NCBI GenBank assembly: GCA_900617105.1
Contig: UYFQ01000011.1
Coordinates: 1-64,000 of the forward strand
Source: Hydrurus foetidus
Taxonomy: Eukaryota
Reading direction: 5' to 3'
DNA length: 64,000 nucleotides
The notes under the pieces were generated by a model, which was given only the letters and a program-made list of their open reading frames with translations, searched no databases and was not told where the DNA came from. How positions within the stretch are numbered: the first letter of the stretch is position 1; each line of letters opens with the position of its first letter. Position numbers and translations under genes: made by a program. This document shows, one piece after another, positions 33,406-43,433 of this stretch.

Positions 33406-36400
33406 TTATTTGCTCGGTACGATCGGTGTTTGAATTAGGTTCGGTACTTTACTTGCATCGATTACCGCCTCAGATGCGCCACCGGGCAATTTTCCGCCAG
33501 GAATCCAGTTTGAATTGGCGCCTGCCTCGTTACCTGAAGGCAGACGGAGACCCGCAAGGCGAGGGTTTGGTATATCAATTCTGATCAATGAGTCGCCATC
33601 CAAAGCTGTGCGGGGTAGCCCCAAGGCATCAGCAAGCTTGATAGGATCTGATCCTGCAGCTTTGATAAGTTGGTCGGCTTCAGATTTCGGCATCACAAAC
33701 GAAGTCCCATCTTTTTGACCTAGTCCATATTTTTCGAAGCTGGATTTCAAAACGATTCTCGCTGCGCCATCGTCATAACGAGCCAGCTCGTTGGCAATGT
33801 ATGTTGGACTTAGATATTTTTCCGGCTCTAGTCGCTGCCCAATTGGTTTTTGCAAAACATTTTCAAATACCTCATTTGCTGTCACTCCGGGCTTGAGCTC
33901 AACTGCCCCCTCTCTTAAAAGGCCAGTCAGCGCTTCTGGATTTCTCACCACATGGGTCCCGTTGCGAAAATCCTCTCGCCTCAATGAGGTCGATAACGCA
34001 TCGTCGTCAGCACGAGCATTATTCTCGATCTTCTGTTTTGCGATCGCTTGCGCTTCAAGAGCGGCGCCATCTTCCGTCTTACTCGTAGCCTTGCTGAGCA
34101 AGTCATCCGCAATTCCAACCCCTTTGACGACGCCGTAACCAACAACTGCAATTGCTGCCCCCTTTGCAGCGTCAACCCCAACTTGAGCCCCATCAATCGG
34201 TTTGCCATCAATTGCTTGGTTTGCGGCACTACTGCCGCCGCCAACGATAGCCCCGGCAAATAGCGCTCCGGGCGCCGTAGCGGGAAAGGTCAATGCGGTT
34301 CCCAAGATTAGCCCGCCAGTAACAGCATCTTTGGCCATCTCTTTTTTCTTCGCAGCGTCGTAGGCAGCGATGGTGGCTGCATCCTCTGCGCTGACGCCGA
34401 ACCGTGCAATGGGTGTGTCGTTGGTGCAACTCACTGCCGGGCAGTCTGCTACTGGCAGTGTGTATACCTTGCCATTTGCTGCAATCTGTTCGTAGCGCTG
34501 CCTTGTGCTGCCGGTACCAGTGCTTACCTGAACCGGGCTGGTTTTCCCGAGTTGAGAGTCATACCAGCTGTACGCCGAGTTGCTGCCCCCCGTATTACTT
34601 GTGATGAACGTCGCCAGTGCTGGGTCTACGTTGCCGTTATTGGGCAGTACCTGTACTAGCCTGCCATCATCTCCCTTTTGCCATTGAGTACCTTTGTCAT
34701 AAATAGCCCCTGGGGCATTCGCATTGACAAGCATGCCGGTAACGATGGTTTCACCGTTGGCATTGCCACTGTTGCGCATTGCGTCTTCAATTTGCTTGGC
34801 AGTGTATTTTCCTTTGCTCTTGGCGGCGAGCTGTACCGCAAGCGTGCGTTCATCCGGATGCAGCTGCCTGTTATTGGCATCCACATTCAACGCCATGGAG
34901 CCCCCCTGCACCCCACCCACTGCCGCTCCAGCTGCCAATGCTGTGGTCTGCGCAATGGTTTTACTGATGCCTGCTGCAGTTTCCTTGCTCAGACCTGTTT
35001 TCTCCAGCGTAGCGGCAAGTTTCTCCTGCATTTGGTCCATCAATGGGGCTGCGCTGGCGATAGTCGCTGCACCCGCCGCACCGCTGGCCCCACTAGTGAG
35101 CGCGCCCAGCGTGGCATGCAGGGCCACTCGGTAGATGCCACCTTCCGCCCATTTCTTGGCCCCTTCCTTGTCGCCTGCTTTGGTCAGCGCTTCAACCTTG
35201 GCCTGCGCGTAGTCGGCGACCGCCTTCGGCGCCTGCTTCCCAAACTCTTGAGTAATAGCCACCTGCGCATTGATGTCCTTGGTGACTGCCGTCTGATCAA
35301 AGATCTTCTGAATACCGGTCTCAGCGTCTCCCGTTCGGGCGTTCTTGTTGCCCGCAATGCCACTGATGGCAGCCCTTGTGGTGCTGTTTGCACTGCCGCT
35401 GTCTTGGCCGGCACCGGCGCTGCTTCCACTGGTGCCCGCGGTGACCTGATAGCTTTCTGCCTGGAAGCTGGCGCTATTGTTCAGGTCGCTGGTGGTGAGT
35501 TTGGCCGTCTGGACGCTGTTTTTGTTGTCGTCGATGGCCTTTTGCGTGCTGGTGATGGCGCCGGCCTTCAGGTCCGTGTTGCCTTGCACGTTGACGTTAA
35601 AGCCGCCGTCGCCAGCGCGCAGCGCGCTTTGTTCGGTGACGCTTTGGTAGTTGCTGTTGATATTGGTGGCGCCTGTGCTTGCGCTGCCGCCCGCGCCATA
35701 GCCCACGGTGAGCGAGCCACTGCTGTTTTGGCTGGATTCCTTGAAGCGGCTGCTGTTTTGCAGGCTTTCGATCTGCAAGTTGCCGCCGATGTTGGCGTTG
35801 ACTGTTTCGGCTTTGACCACCGCGCCCTTCAAAGCCGTGTCACCGCCGCTCTGGATGTTGACGACCTTGCCGCTTTCAATCCGCGTGTTGGTGTAGCTGA
35901 TGTCCTGGCCATTGCCGTCCCCGCTGCCCTGGCTGGCAGACACCGTGAAGCCGGTATGTTTACCCACGGTCACCCCTAAGCTGCCGGAGCTGGACTTTTG
36001 GTCGCTGGTCTGGCCGGCGGTGTTGGCGGCGGCCAGCAGGCGGACTTGGTTATCTGCGGCCAGCGTTGTCGTGTCACCGGATTGGACGGTGCTGCCTCGA
36101 ACGGTCAGGTTGCTGTTGGGGCCATCACCTGTGGCGCGAATGGTGGTGTTGCCACCTGCGGTGATGCTGCTGCCGCGTGCCGTGTCACTGGTGCTGGTGG
36201 ACTTACTTTCACTGCTGGAGGAGCCCAGGCTGATGTTGAATTCGAGGTCTTTAGCGGTGCTGGTCTGGCCATTCATCAGGTTGCCCAACTCCTTGACAGC
36301 ACCTCGGGAGGCTAGTGCTGCACTGGCTGCAGCTAGGGTTTTCATGCGGCCACTCTTTGTGTTCTCCGCCGCATTGGCCATTTTTTGCATGGTCTGCGCA

Positions 36401-39400
36401 GCGCTGACCACTGGATTGCTCAGCGACACCGTGAGGCCGCTTTGTTTGAATTCGGTCTTGGTTTCGGTGGCGCTGGTTTCCCGGGCTTCAACGATGTCGA
36501 CCTTTTTGGCGGTGATTTCGATGTTGCCGTTGCCGGCCGTGGTGCTGGTCGCCAGTACGTCGCTGCCTGTTTGGGTAAATGTCTGCCCTGCGGCAATACG
36601 CACGCTTCCACCTGTGCTGCCTACGGTGCTGGCTGCCGCCGAGGTGCGGGTGTTCTTCTGGTCGGTGCTTTGGTCGCGGGTGCCCACGCTCACGTCCAGG
36701 CCGCCGCTGCTCATCAGGCCGGACTCACTCAGTGCAGAGAAGCTGCTTTGCGACTGGGTATTGGTTCCCGCTTCAATGGTGACGTTCTTGCCAGCGCTCA
36801 GGCTGAGGTCTTTGTCGGCCACAACACTGGATGCTTTGACTCCAATGTCTTGGCCGCTGGTGATGCTGACGTTGCCGCCACCAAAGTTGCTGGCTATGGC
36901 CAGGGTGCTGCTGCTACTGCTGCGCTCGGTGCGGGTGCTGCTGCTCATGAAGCCGCTATTGCTGGTCTTGCTCGCGGACGACATCGCATTGGTGGCAGTG
37001 CCCGACTCAATCACCACATTGTTTCCAGCGGTCACCGTCAGATTGCCTACGGCCTGCAAATCAGCAGCGCGGGCCTTGAAGTCCTGCCCTGCGGTCAGCG
37101 TGGTGTTGCCGGTGCTTTGCAAGGTGCTGCCGACCTCAGCGCTGCGGCTGGTGCGGTTGTAGTTGTCGCTGTCCTTGGTGGCATCCATGCTGGCGCTGGT
37201 GCGCACGGTGTCCAGATTCAGATTGCGCGTGGCATTGACCCGGGTGTTGCCCGCGCTTTGCAACAGGGCTGCGGCAAGCTCCACGTCTCGGCCAGCGTTG
37301 GCCAACAGGGTGCCGGCGTCACCCGTTACATAGAGGCCGGCTACGCGGCTGATGTCGGTGGAGCGGGTTTGCAGGTTGCCTGTGCTGGCGGCTTGAGTGC
37401 TGTTCAGCGTAGTGGTCTGGACCAAGATGTCGCGCCCGGCCTGGAGTTGCAAGGCGTCGCGCGCTATCACTGCGCCGCCGATATTCTCAATGTCCTGTGC
37501 GGCATTGAGTGCCACCGTCTTACCTTCGATACGACCGGCCAGGTTGCGTACGTTGGTGGCTGTCAGGCTGACCAGTTCGCGGCCCTGGAGGGCGCCGTTG
37601 GCGTTGCTGATGTCACCGGTGGTGCTGAGGTTGACGACGTTGCCCGACATGATGCCACCGAGCAAGGCCCCATTGGCGGCCAAGTCGCCGCTGCGGGCCA
37701 CGGCATAGACCTGCGGGACCAGTACCTTTTGTTTGCTACCGTCCTTGAGGGTGACTTCTTGCTGCACCAGCCAGACGATGTCGCTGGTCAACTGTGCCGC
37801 CTGCTCTGCGGTCAACGCAATGCCAACCCGCAGTTGCAGGGATCTGGCCTGCGTGACGCCGGAAGTCATCAGGGCTTGGTACTGCTGTTCGTCGCTGCTG
37901 TAGTTCGCCAGGCGGGCGTAGCCGGTCAAGCGCGCCACTTGTTCATTGATCAGGCGCTGCTCGTAGAAGCCGTCGCCCATACGTTTTTGGGTGATGTCGG
38001 GGTCTACGCTGAGGGCAGAGAGCATGTAGTCGCTGCTCAGCCAGATTTGCCGGTTGGTGAAGGCCGGGTTGGTTTCCACCAAGTAGCTCGCATTGCTGCT
38101 GGTGGCAAACAGGGCGGAGTTAGGCAAGGCCGTGCTGCTTGGGGTGGCAGTACGGCTTTGCGCCAGCGCCGGGCCAATGGTTTGGTTGCGGGCGATGTAG
38201 TCGGTGCTGTAGCTGTAACGCCAGCGGCGTTCCGAGTGGCAACTGAACGGACAACCAAGCCCGTTTTCCATATAAGTCACCACCACTGTGTGGTCGCGGC
38301 GGGTGGCGACCTGGCTGGTGAGGTCTATGCCTTGGCTGTTCAGTGCCGCGCCAGTGGTGCTTAACGTGCCTGCGGCCATTACTTTACTGGAGCTGTTGGT
38401 GGCACTGCTGCTGGTGTCCAGTGCGATGTCTGCGCCAGAGCGTATGACGGCTGCCCCGTTGGGGCCCGTAATGGCAACGGCCCGGTAGTAGGTGTCGGTC
38501 CAGGTGTGGCTGCAGTCCACACCACATCCTTCACTGCCGCTGGTTGCCGGAGTGGTGGGGTCTACCTCTACGCGGTAGCCCAGGCTGGCGTAGGTGTTGA
38601 CAAGCGTTTGCGCGGTAATAGTGACGTTGCCCGCAGCCTCTAGCGTGGCGCTGTTGTTGGTGACGGTGGTGGCGCGGCCGGTGGCACGGCCGTTGGCGTC
38701 CAGGCTGCCGCCAATGGCCAGCGTGCCTGCGCTGTAGATCAGCGCGCCCTCTTGGTTGTTCAGGGTCTGCACGCCGATGTCTACCCGGCCTGCGCTGTCG
38801 CGCGCGGCAATGACGGGAGCCGTGCTGGTGCTGTTGGCGGCTGCGTTGTTCAGCGTGGTGGCAGCGATGGCCACGCTGCCGCCATAAATGGCACCGGCCG
38901 TACCGTTGTTCACGGTCTGGGCGTTGATGCGGGTGGTGCCTGTGCTGTTAAGTGTCCCGGTATTGGTCAGGGTGCCATCGGCACTCAGGGTAAAGCTGCC
39001 GCTGTTGGCTTGCAGCTTGCCGGCATTGTTGACGCCTGCACCTTGGCCCGTAGCCAGGATGGTGATCTTGTTGGCATACATGCCGCCTATGGCTGCCACG
39101 TCAATCGCTACTGCGTTGGTGGTACCCGTGCCGTTGTCGCCCGTCACCCGCAGGTCTTGGGCAAACACGCCGCCCTGGAGGATGATTTTTTGCGCCTGCA
39201 GCTTGGTGATGGCGGTGGTGGCGGTGTCTAGCCCGGTGCCAGTGACGGTAATGGTGCCGCCGTTCACTTGGTAGCCAGTCAAGCTGTTGCCGTTGAACTG
39301 GGGAGTGCCGGTGGTCAGCGTGGCGCCGCTGGCGTTGATGAAGCCGCCGCCGTTGACGGAAATGCCCGCCGGGTTGGCAATGACGACCTCGGCCCGTTGG

Positions 39401-39969
39401 CCCGCGACTTCAATAAAGCCGCGCAGCTGGCTGGGGTTGGTGGAGTTGACCTCATTGAGGATGATGTTGGCGCTGCCAGTCGCCAGGTTGGTGTTGCCTG
39501 CGACCCAGCCACCGAGCTGGGTGTTGCTGTTGACGGGGCTGTTGTTCAGGATGAGGCCGGTGCTGCCCACATCAAACTGGGTATAGCGGTTGCGGCTGAC
39601 GCCGCCAACCGCAGTCTGGATGTTGACTTGGGGGACGCCGCTGGCGGTGGTGGTGACCACGGGCTGCTGGTTGGTGGGGGCGCCTGGGTTGACCACGATG
39701 GTGGTGGCGGGCGCTGTTTGGGCCCACACGGCTGGGGAAAGCCATACCGGAGCAACCAGCATGGCGACTGCAGTTACTATGGATTTGATAGCTGCTGGCG
39801 CAATACCTACGGGGGCTAGAGGCCGATTTGATGCGCAAACACCAGGGCTGCGGGTTTCTGCCCCCGCACTTAGGCCCTGGCCTGCGCTGTGGCTGCTGGC
39901 TACTTCAGATACCGCCATCACCTGGCCTCGGGCTGCGTTGAAGACGAGGCGGAACAAATTCTGATTCAT
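33406..39969 (-). CDS. TpsA/CdiA-like filamentous haemagglutinin exoprotein with C-terminal toxin (2187 aa)
   Basis: Extended signal peptide (LVFNAARGQVMAVSE), TPS domain (ILNEV, ANPAGI), YLVETNPAF..GDGFYEQRLI segment, FHA-2 repeats, NNRQLHP junction, lower-GC tip. Confidence 0.9.
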   Translation of the reverse strand: MNQNLFRLVFNAARGQVMAVSEVASSHSAGQGLSAGAETRSPGVCASNRPLAPVGIAPAAIKSIVTAVAMLVAPVWLSPAVWAQTAPATTIVVNPGAPTNQQPVVTTTASGVPQVNIQTAVGGVSRNRYTQFDVGSTGLILNNSPVNSNTQLGGWVAGNTNLATGSANIILNEVNSTNPSQLRGFIEVAGQRAEVVIANPAGISVNGGGFINASGATLTTGTPQFNGNSLTGYQVNGGTITVTGTGLDTATTAITKLQAQKIILQGGVFAQDLRVTGDNGTGTTNAVAIDVAAIGGMYANKITILATGQGAGVNNAGKLQANSGSFTLSADGTLTNTGTLNSTGTTRINAQTVNNGTAGAIYGGSVAIAATTLNNAAANSTSTAPVIAARDSAGRVDIGVQTLNNQEGALIYSAGTLAIGGSLDANGRATGRATTVTNNSATLEAAGNVTITAQTLVNTYASLGYRVEVDPTTPATSGSEGCGVDCSHTWTDTYYRAVAITGPNGAAVIRSGADIALDTSSSATNSSSKVMAAGTLSTTGAALNSQGIDLTSQVATRRDHTVVVTYMENGLGCPFSCHSERRWRYSYSTDYIARNQTIGPALAQSRTATPSSTALPNSALFATSSNASYLVETNPAFTNRQIWLSSDYMLSALSVDPDITQKRMGDGFYEQRLINEQVARLTGYARLANYSSDEQQYQALMTSGVTQARSLQLRVGIALTAEQAAQLTSDIVWLVQQEVTLKDGSKQKVLVPQVYAVARSGDLAANGALLGGIMSGNVVNLSTTGDISNANGALQGRELVSLTATNVRNLAGRIEGKTVALNAAQDIENIGGAVIARDALQLQAGRDILVQTTTLNSTQAASTGNLQTRSTDISRVAGLYVTGDAGTLLANAGRDVELAAALLQSAGNTRVNATRNLNLDTVRTSASMDATKDSDNYNRTSRSAEVGSTLQSTGNTTLTAGQDFKARAADLQAVGNLTVTAGNNVVIESGTATNAMSSASKTSNSGFMSSSTRTERSSSSSTLAIASNFGGGNVSITSGQDIGVKASSVVADKDLSLSAGKNVTIEAGTNTQSQSSFSALSESGLMSSGGLDVSVGTRDQSTDQKNTRTSAAASTVGSTGGSVRIAAGQTFTQTGSDVLATSTTAGNGNIEITAKKVDIVEARETSATETKTEFKQSGLTVSLSNPVVSAAQTMQKMANAAENTKSGRMKTLAAASAALASRGAVKELGNLMNGQTSTAKDLEFNISLGSSSSESKSTSTSDTARGSSITAGGNTTIRATGDGPNSNLTVRGSTVQSGDTTTLAADNQVRLLAAANTAGQTSDQKSSSGSLGVTVGKHTGFTVSASQGSGDGNGQDISYTNTRIESGKVVNIQSGGDTALKGAVVKAETVNANIGGNLQIESLQNSSRFKESSQNSSGSLTVGYGAGGSASTGATNINSNYQSVTEQSALRAGDGGFNVNVQGNTDLKAGAITSTQKAIDDNKNSVQTAKLTTSDLNNSASFQAESYQVTAGTSGSSAGAGQDSGSANSTTRAAISGIAGNKNARTGDAETGIQKIFDQTAVTKDINAQVAITQEFGKQAPKAVADYAQAKVEALTKAGDKEGAKKWAEGGIYRVALHATLGALTSGASGAAGAATIASAAPLMDQMQEKLAATLEKTGLSKETAAGISKTIAQTTALAAGAAVGGVQGGSMALNVDANNRQLHPDERTLAVQLAAKSKGKYTAKQIEDAMRNSGNANGETIVTGMLVNANAPGAIYDKGTQWQKGDDGRLVQVLPNNGNVDPALATFITSNTGGSNSAYSWYDSQLGKTSPVQVSTGTGSTRQRYEQIAANGKVYTLPVADCPAVSCTNDTPIARFGVSAEDAATIAAYDAAKKKEMAKDAVTGGLILGTALTFPATAPGALFAGAIVGGGSSAANQAIDGKPIDGAQVGVDAAKGAAIAVVGYGVVKGVGIADDLLSKATSKTEDGAALEAQAIAKQKIENNARADDDALSTSLRREDFRNGTHVVRNPEALTGLLREGAVELKPGVTANEVFENVLQKPIGQRLEPEKYLSPTYIANELARYDDGAARIVLKSSFEKYGLGQKDGTSFVMPKSEADQLIKAAGSDPIKLADALGLPRTALDGDSLIRIDIPNPRLAGLRLPSGNEAGANSNWIPGGKLPGGASEAVIDASKVPNLIQTPIVPSK
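39776..39832 (-). repeat. Dispersed repeat family A, copy 5 (in frame in TpsA signal region)
   Basis: Minus strand AAATCGGCCTCTAGCCCCCGTAGGTATTGCGCCAGCAGCTATCAAATCCATAGT, read as NRPLAPVGIAPAAIKSIV. Confidence 0.85.
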
Positions 39970-40027
39970 GGTGAGTGAGTCGTAAATGTGGTGATTGCGG
40001 TATGCGGAAGTAGCCTTGGGACAGGGC

Positions 40028-40639
40028 TTAGAACTTGTAGAGCAAGCTCAGATTCAGGTTGTTTTGCTTGGGGGCAATCTTGGTAGTGGCGCCGGTGTTT
40101 TCGCTGCTATACGCCAAGGTTTCATACTCGCCGCGCAGTTCAAGGTTTTTGGTCAGGGCATGGGCGTAACCAAAACCAAGTCCGTAGCCTTGGTGGGTTT
40201 TGTCAAGCTCCGTCCCTGCCGTAGAGGCGTAATTCACAACCATCGAGTGGTAACCCACTTTGCCGTACAAAAGACCTTCGGTGCCTAAGCGGAAGCCGGG
40301 TGCGACATACAGTGAGTAGCGCTGTTTGCTGGTAGCGGTCGAGGTGTTCCCGCTCACTGTCTCGGAATAGATCTCCGATTTTTTCAAACTGATCGTCGCG
40401 CCTACCGTTACAACCCATTTCGGAGCCACATCAAAACCCCAAGACCCCACCAGCTCAGCACCGGTTCCATTGCCGGTCATGTCGCTGGTCCATGCGGGGT
40501 CGCGGTCCAGTTTGTAGCTTTGTGCGGACACAGTCATGCCGACAGCGGGGCCGACAAAGTTGGTCGATTGCGCCAGAGCGCTGCCCGCTGCGCAGGCCAG
40601 TGCGACGGAAGTGACGATTAGTTGACTCAGTTTTTTCAT
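40028..40639 (-). CDS. Small outer-membrane beta-barrel protein (OmpA/Ail-like, probably 8 strands)
   Basis: Signal peptide ALA-Q, alternating strands (LLYGKVGY, LELRGEY), C-terminal LLYKF. Confidence 0.82.
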   Translation of the reverse strand: MKKLSQLIVTSVALACAAGSALAQSTNFVGPAVGMTVSAQSYKLDRDPAWTSDMTGNGTGAELVGSWGFDVAPKWVVTVGATISLKKSEIYSETVSGNTSTATSKQRYSLYVAPGFRLGTEGLLYGKVGYHSMVVNYASTAGTELDKTHQGYGLGFGYAHALTKNLELRGEYETLAYSSENTGATTKIAPKQNNLNLSLLYKF

Positions 40640-40699
40640 TTGCTTACTTTCAAGGTTGATGTGGCGCGTGCCACGTTTTTAAAAAAGTTGCGCTGACGC

Positions 40700-42430
40700 T
40701 CACAGCGCGTAGTTCAGAGAAAAGCCCGCAGTAGATGCGGACGTTCGTACCGTCGATGGGGTGTGCAAAGGATGGCCAACGAAGGCGTCAAACTGCAGCT
40801 TTTTGGTCTGGATGCGCCAACCCAAGGCCGTGCCGGCCATGAAACGATCTGACAGACCGGCGGCGTTGGGACCATCAACTTCACCCATATCCAGCGCCAC
40901 ATAGAGCTGGCCGCCTGTCTTGCCCAGGTTCCACTGAAGGTCTTGCCGCAGCAGCCATCCTGCGTCGCCGCTCAGGGAGTTTTCTCCATCAAAGCCGCGC
41001 ACGGTGTAGCGCCCGCCCAGGCCAAAGCGGTCTGGGGAGGCCAGTGCCACATCGGTGGCTTGCAGGCGCAGGTTGGCCTGGTAGGCCAAGGGAAGTTGCC
41101 AAGGTGTCCACGGGGTGCTCCAGCCCAGGTCTGCGGTCCAGAAACTGGGGCGGGCTGTGCCGGTACCACTGGCTTCCTCGGGTGCGGCGATGGCATCAAA
41201 GTCGCGCGTTCCCCACTTGGCGGCTACGTTGGCTTGCAGCGTGCCTTGGCCCACGAAGACCTTGTGGTCCAGGCCTAGTTCCCACAGAGCCGTGGCACGG
41301 CGTTGGACAAGAATTTCGGCGCTGTTGATGTAATTGCGCGCATGGCGCTCCAAAGCCTTGAGGTAGACCGTGTCCTTGCTGGTGGCGTCCCGGTAAAAAA
41401 GGCGACTGGCCTTGAGTTCGGTGCTGCCACTACCGCCGCTTTAGACGTAGCCCGTGGTGCTGCCCGTGACAGTTTGGTAATAACTGCTGTCAGAAGCGGT
41501 GAGGCCAAAGGTCCAGTAGCCCCAAGGTAGCGAGTAGTGCAACGTGTTGCTCTGGTTGCCACGCGGGCCAGGGTCGCCACCTTGCGCATCATTGCCTTGG
41601 CTGATATAGAACAGGTCGTTCAGCCCTAAGGGGTTATCCCACGACAAGGTGGCGCTGGCTTGGTAGCGGCCGGTGGATTTGGAACCACTGTCATCCAGGT
41701 TGAAACTCGCCCGCAGGGGGAAGCCTGTTTGGTGGTGAATGACCAGGTCGCTTTGGTCGGGCGTGCTGGCAGGGGCAATCTGGATATCGGCCTGCGTGGT
41801 GGGCACACGCTGGAAGTTCTCCAGCGCCTGTTCGATATCGCGCAGATTCAAAATATCGCCTTCGCGCATGGGCATGGCGCTTCGCATAGTACGCTGCGGG
41901 ATACCGGCGTCGGGACGCGTCTCATGCAGCGTGCCAGCTAACACGGTGAACACCAGATTGCCCGTACTGAGGTCTTGCGGTTGGACCAGGACGCGGCTAG
42001 TGACAAAGCCCTTGGCCACCAATGCCTCTTGTGCGCGTTGCTGCAGTACGCCCACGCCTTGGGCACCCACGCATTTGCGCAAAGGACTGTCATCCTTTTG
42101 TGCGCCAGACAAACTGTCCAACACCCAGCTGAACTGGCCCGCATTGTCGCCACGCAGTTCAATCTGGCGAATGGAGAAACAAGGGGCCTCTTGCTCGGGA
42201 AGGCGCTGTGCTTGGGCAGCCGATGTGCTCAGGCGTATGTCACGGGCTTTCTCTTGCTGCTCACGCAACTGGGCCTCACGCTCTTGGATGCGGCGCTGCT
42301 CTGCAGCGTCGCGCTCGGCATTGGTAAGGGTTTGGGCGCTAGCCGCTCCGTACAGTGCAATCAGCAAGACAGCAGCAAGTGTGGAGCGAAGCGGGTGCGA
42401 GCAATGAATACCGGGTGACGGGTCCGACAT
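40700..42430 (-). pseudogene. TpsB/CdiB (ShlB/FhaC) transporter interrupted by one in-frame TAA at 41441-41443
   Basis: POTRA (CFSI, GFVTSRV, LNLRDIEQALEN), DDSGSKSTG, VRGF motif; both ORFs in one frame with no other stop. Confidence 0.88.
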
Positions 42431-42603
42431 GGGTGGGGTTGGTTCTCATATGGCACCCACCAACGACCGGGGGACTGCACTAACTGGGCGCTAATGTAGT
42501 GCGGCATAGTCCATTCGGACATCCCCCATTCGGGTGAATTTGGATGTTGTTCCAGGTTCGTAACCCATTTTTTTGTAACAACTTAACAAAGTAGCGCTAT
42601 CCC

Positions 42604-42650
42604 AAAACAACAAAGCCCGACATCTCGCGATGCCGGGCTTTGTTGTTTTT
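42604..42650. terminator. Intrinsic terminator downstream of azoR, A/T tracts on both sides
   Basis: ACAACAAAGCCCG-A-CATC-tcgc-GATG-C-CGGGCTTTGTTGT. Confidence 0.8.
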
Positions 42651-42704
42651 GCAGCGCTGGTTGATGTGGACCAGCGCCACTCATTCTGCCAATCAGGCTG
42701 CCAA

Positions 42705-43316
42705 TCAGGCTGCCAGTTTGGCGATGCTGTTGGCGGCTTCGCCCAGGGCTTCTGCTTTCTTGGCGTCGCCCATGGCCACACCTTCGGCGCGCACATAGCG
42801 CACATCGGTGATGCCCAGGAAGCCGAACACGGTTTGCAGGTAGCTCTCTTGGTGTTCAGCGGCACGGCCCCAGTCGTTGGTGGAGTACACGCCGCCACGG
42901 GTGGAGGCCACGATCACGGTCTTGCCGCCTGCCAAGCCCTTGGGGCCTGTCTCGGTGTAGGTGAAGGTGCGGCCGGCTTGGGCGATGCGGTCAATCCAGG
43001 ACTTGAGCTGGCTGGGGATGCTGAAGTTGTACAGGGGTGCGCCCACCACGATCACGTCGGCGGCCAGGAACTGGCTCACCAGCGCTTCGGAGATGGCGTT
43101 CTCACGCTTCTGCACATCGCTCTGCTCGGCGCCTGCGGGGGCGCGGAAGCCCAAAGATTCGGCTGACAGATGGCTGGGGGTGTCCACGGCCAGGTCTAGA
43201 TAGTCCACGGTGGTTCCGGGGTGGTTGGTGACCCAGTGGGCCACGGTGTCTTTGGTCAGTTGGCGGGAGATGGAGCCGCCGCTGAGGATGCTGGAGTCGA
43301 TGTGCAAGAGTTTCAT
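42705..43316 (-). CDS. azoR: FMN-dependent NADH-azoreductase
   Basis: [43 protein letters not shown]. Confidence 0.92.
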   Translation of the reverse strand: MKLLHIDSSILSGGSISRQLTKDTVAHWVTNHPGTTVDYLDLAVDTPSHLSAESLGFRAPAGAEQSDVQKRENAISEALVSQFLAADVIVVGAPLYNFSIPSQLKSWIDRIAQAGRTFTYTETGPKGLAGGKTVIVASTRGGVYSTNDWGRAAEHQESYLQTVFGFLGITDVRYVRAEGVAMGDAKKAEALGEAANSIAKLAA

Positions 43317-43403
43317 GACAGGTCCTTTGATGGGGTTGGTTCGATGGAACTAGTGTCTTCGATGAGCTAATGTTTGATAAGTCAGCATATTTGCGTTAGA
43401 TTG

Positions 43404-43416
43404 TCCTGAATTTGGA
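43404..43416. promoter_or_regulatory. Candidate LysR T-N11-A box between azoR and divergent LysR
   Basis: TCC-TGAATTT-GGA dyad. Confidence 0.35.
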
Positions 43417-43433
43417 ACGAAAAAGGACTCGCC

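Noticed and set aside
41441..41443. Programmed recoding of the tpsB stop
   Set aside because: TAA is not a Sec/Pyl codon and no recoding signal is evident.
42560..42590. GTAAC repeats and T7 tract upstream of tpsB as regulator box or phase-variation site
   Set aside because: Too short and irregularly spaced to support.
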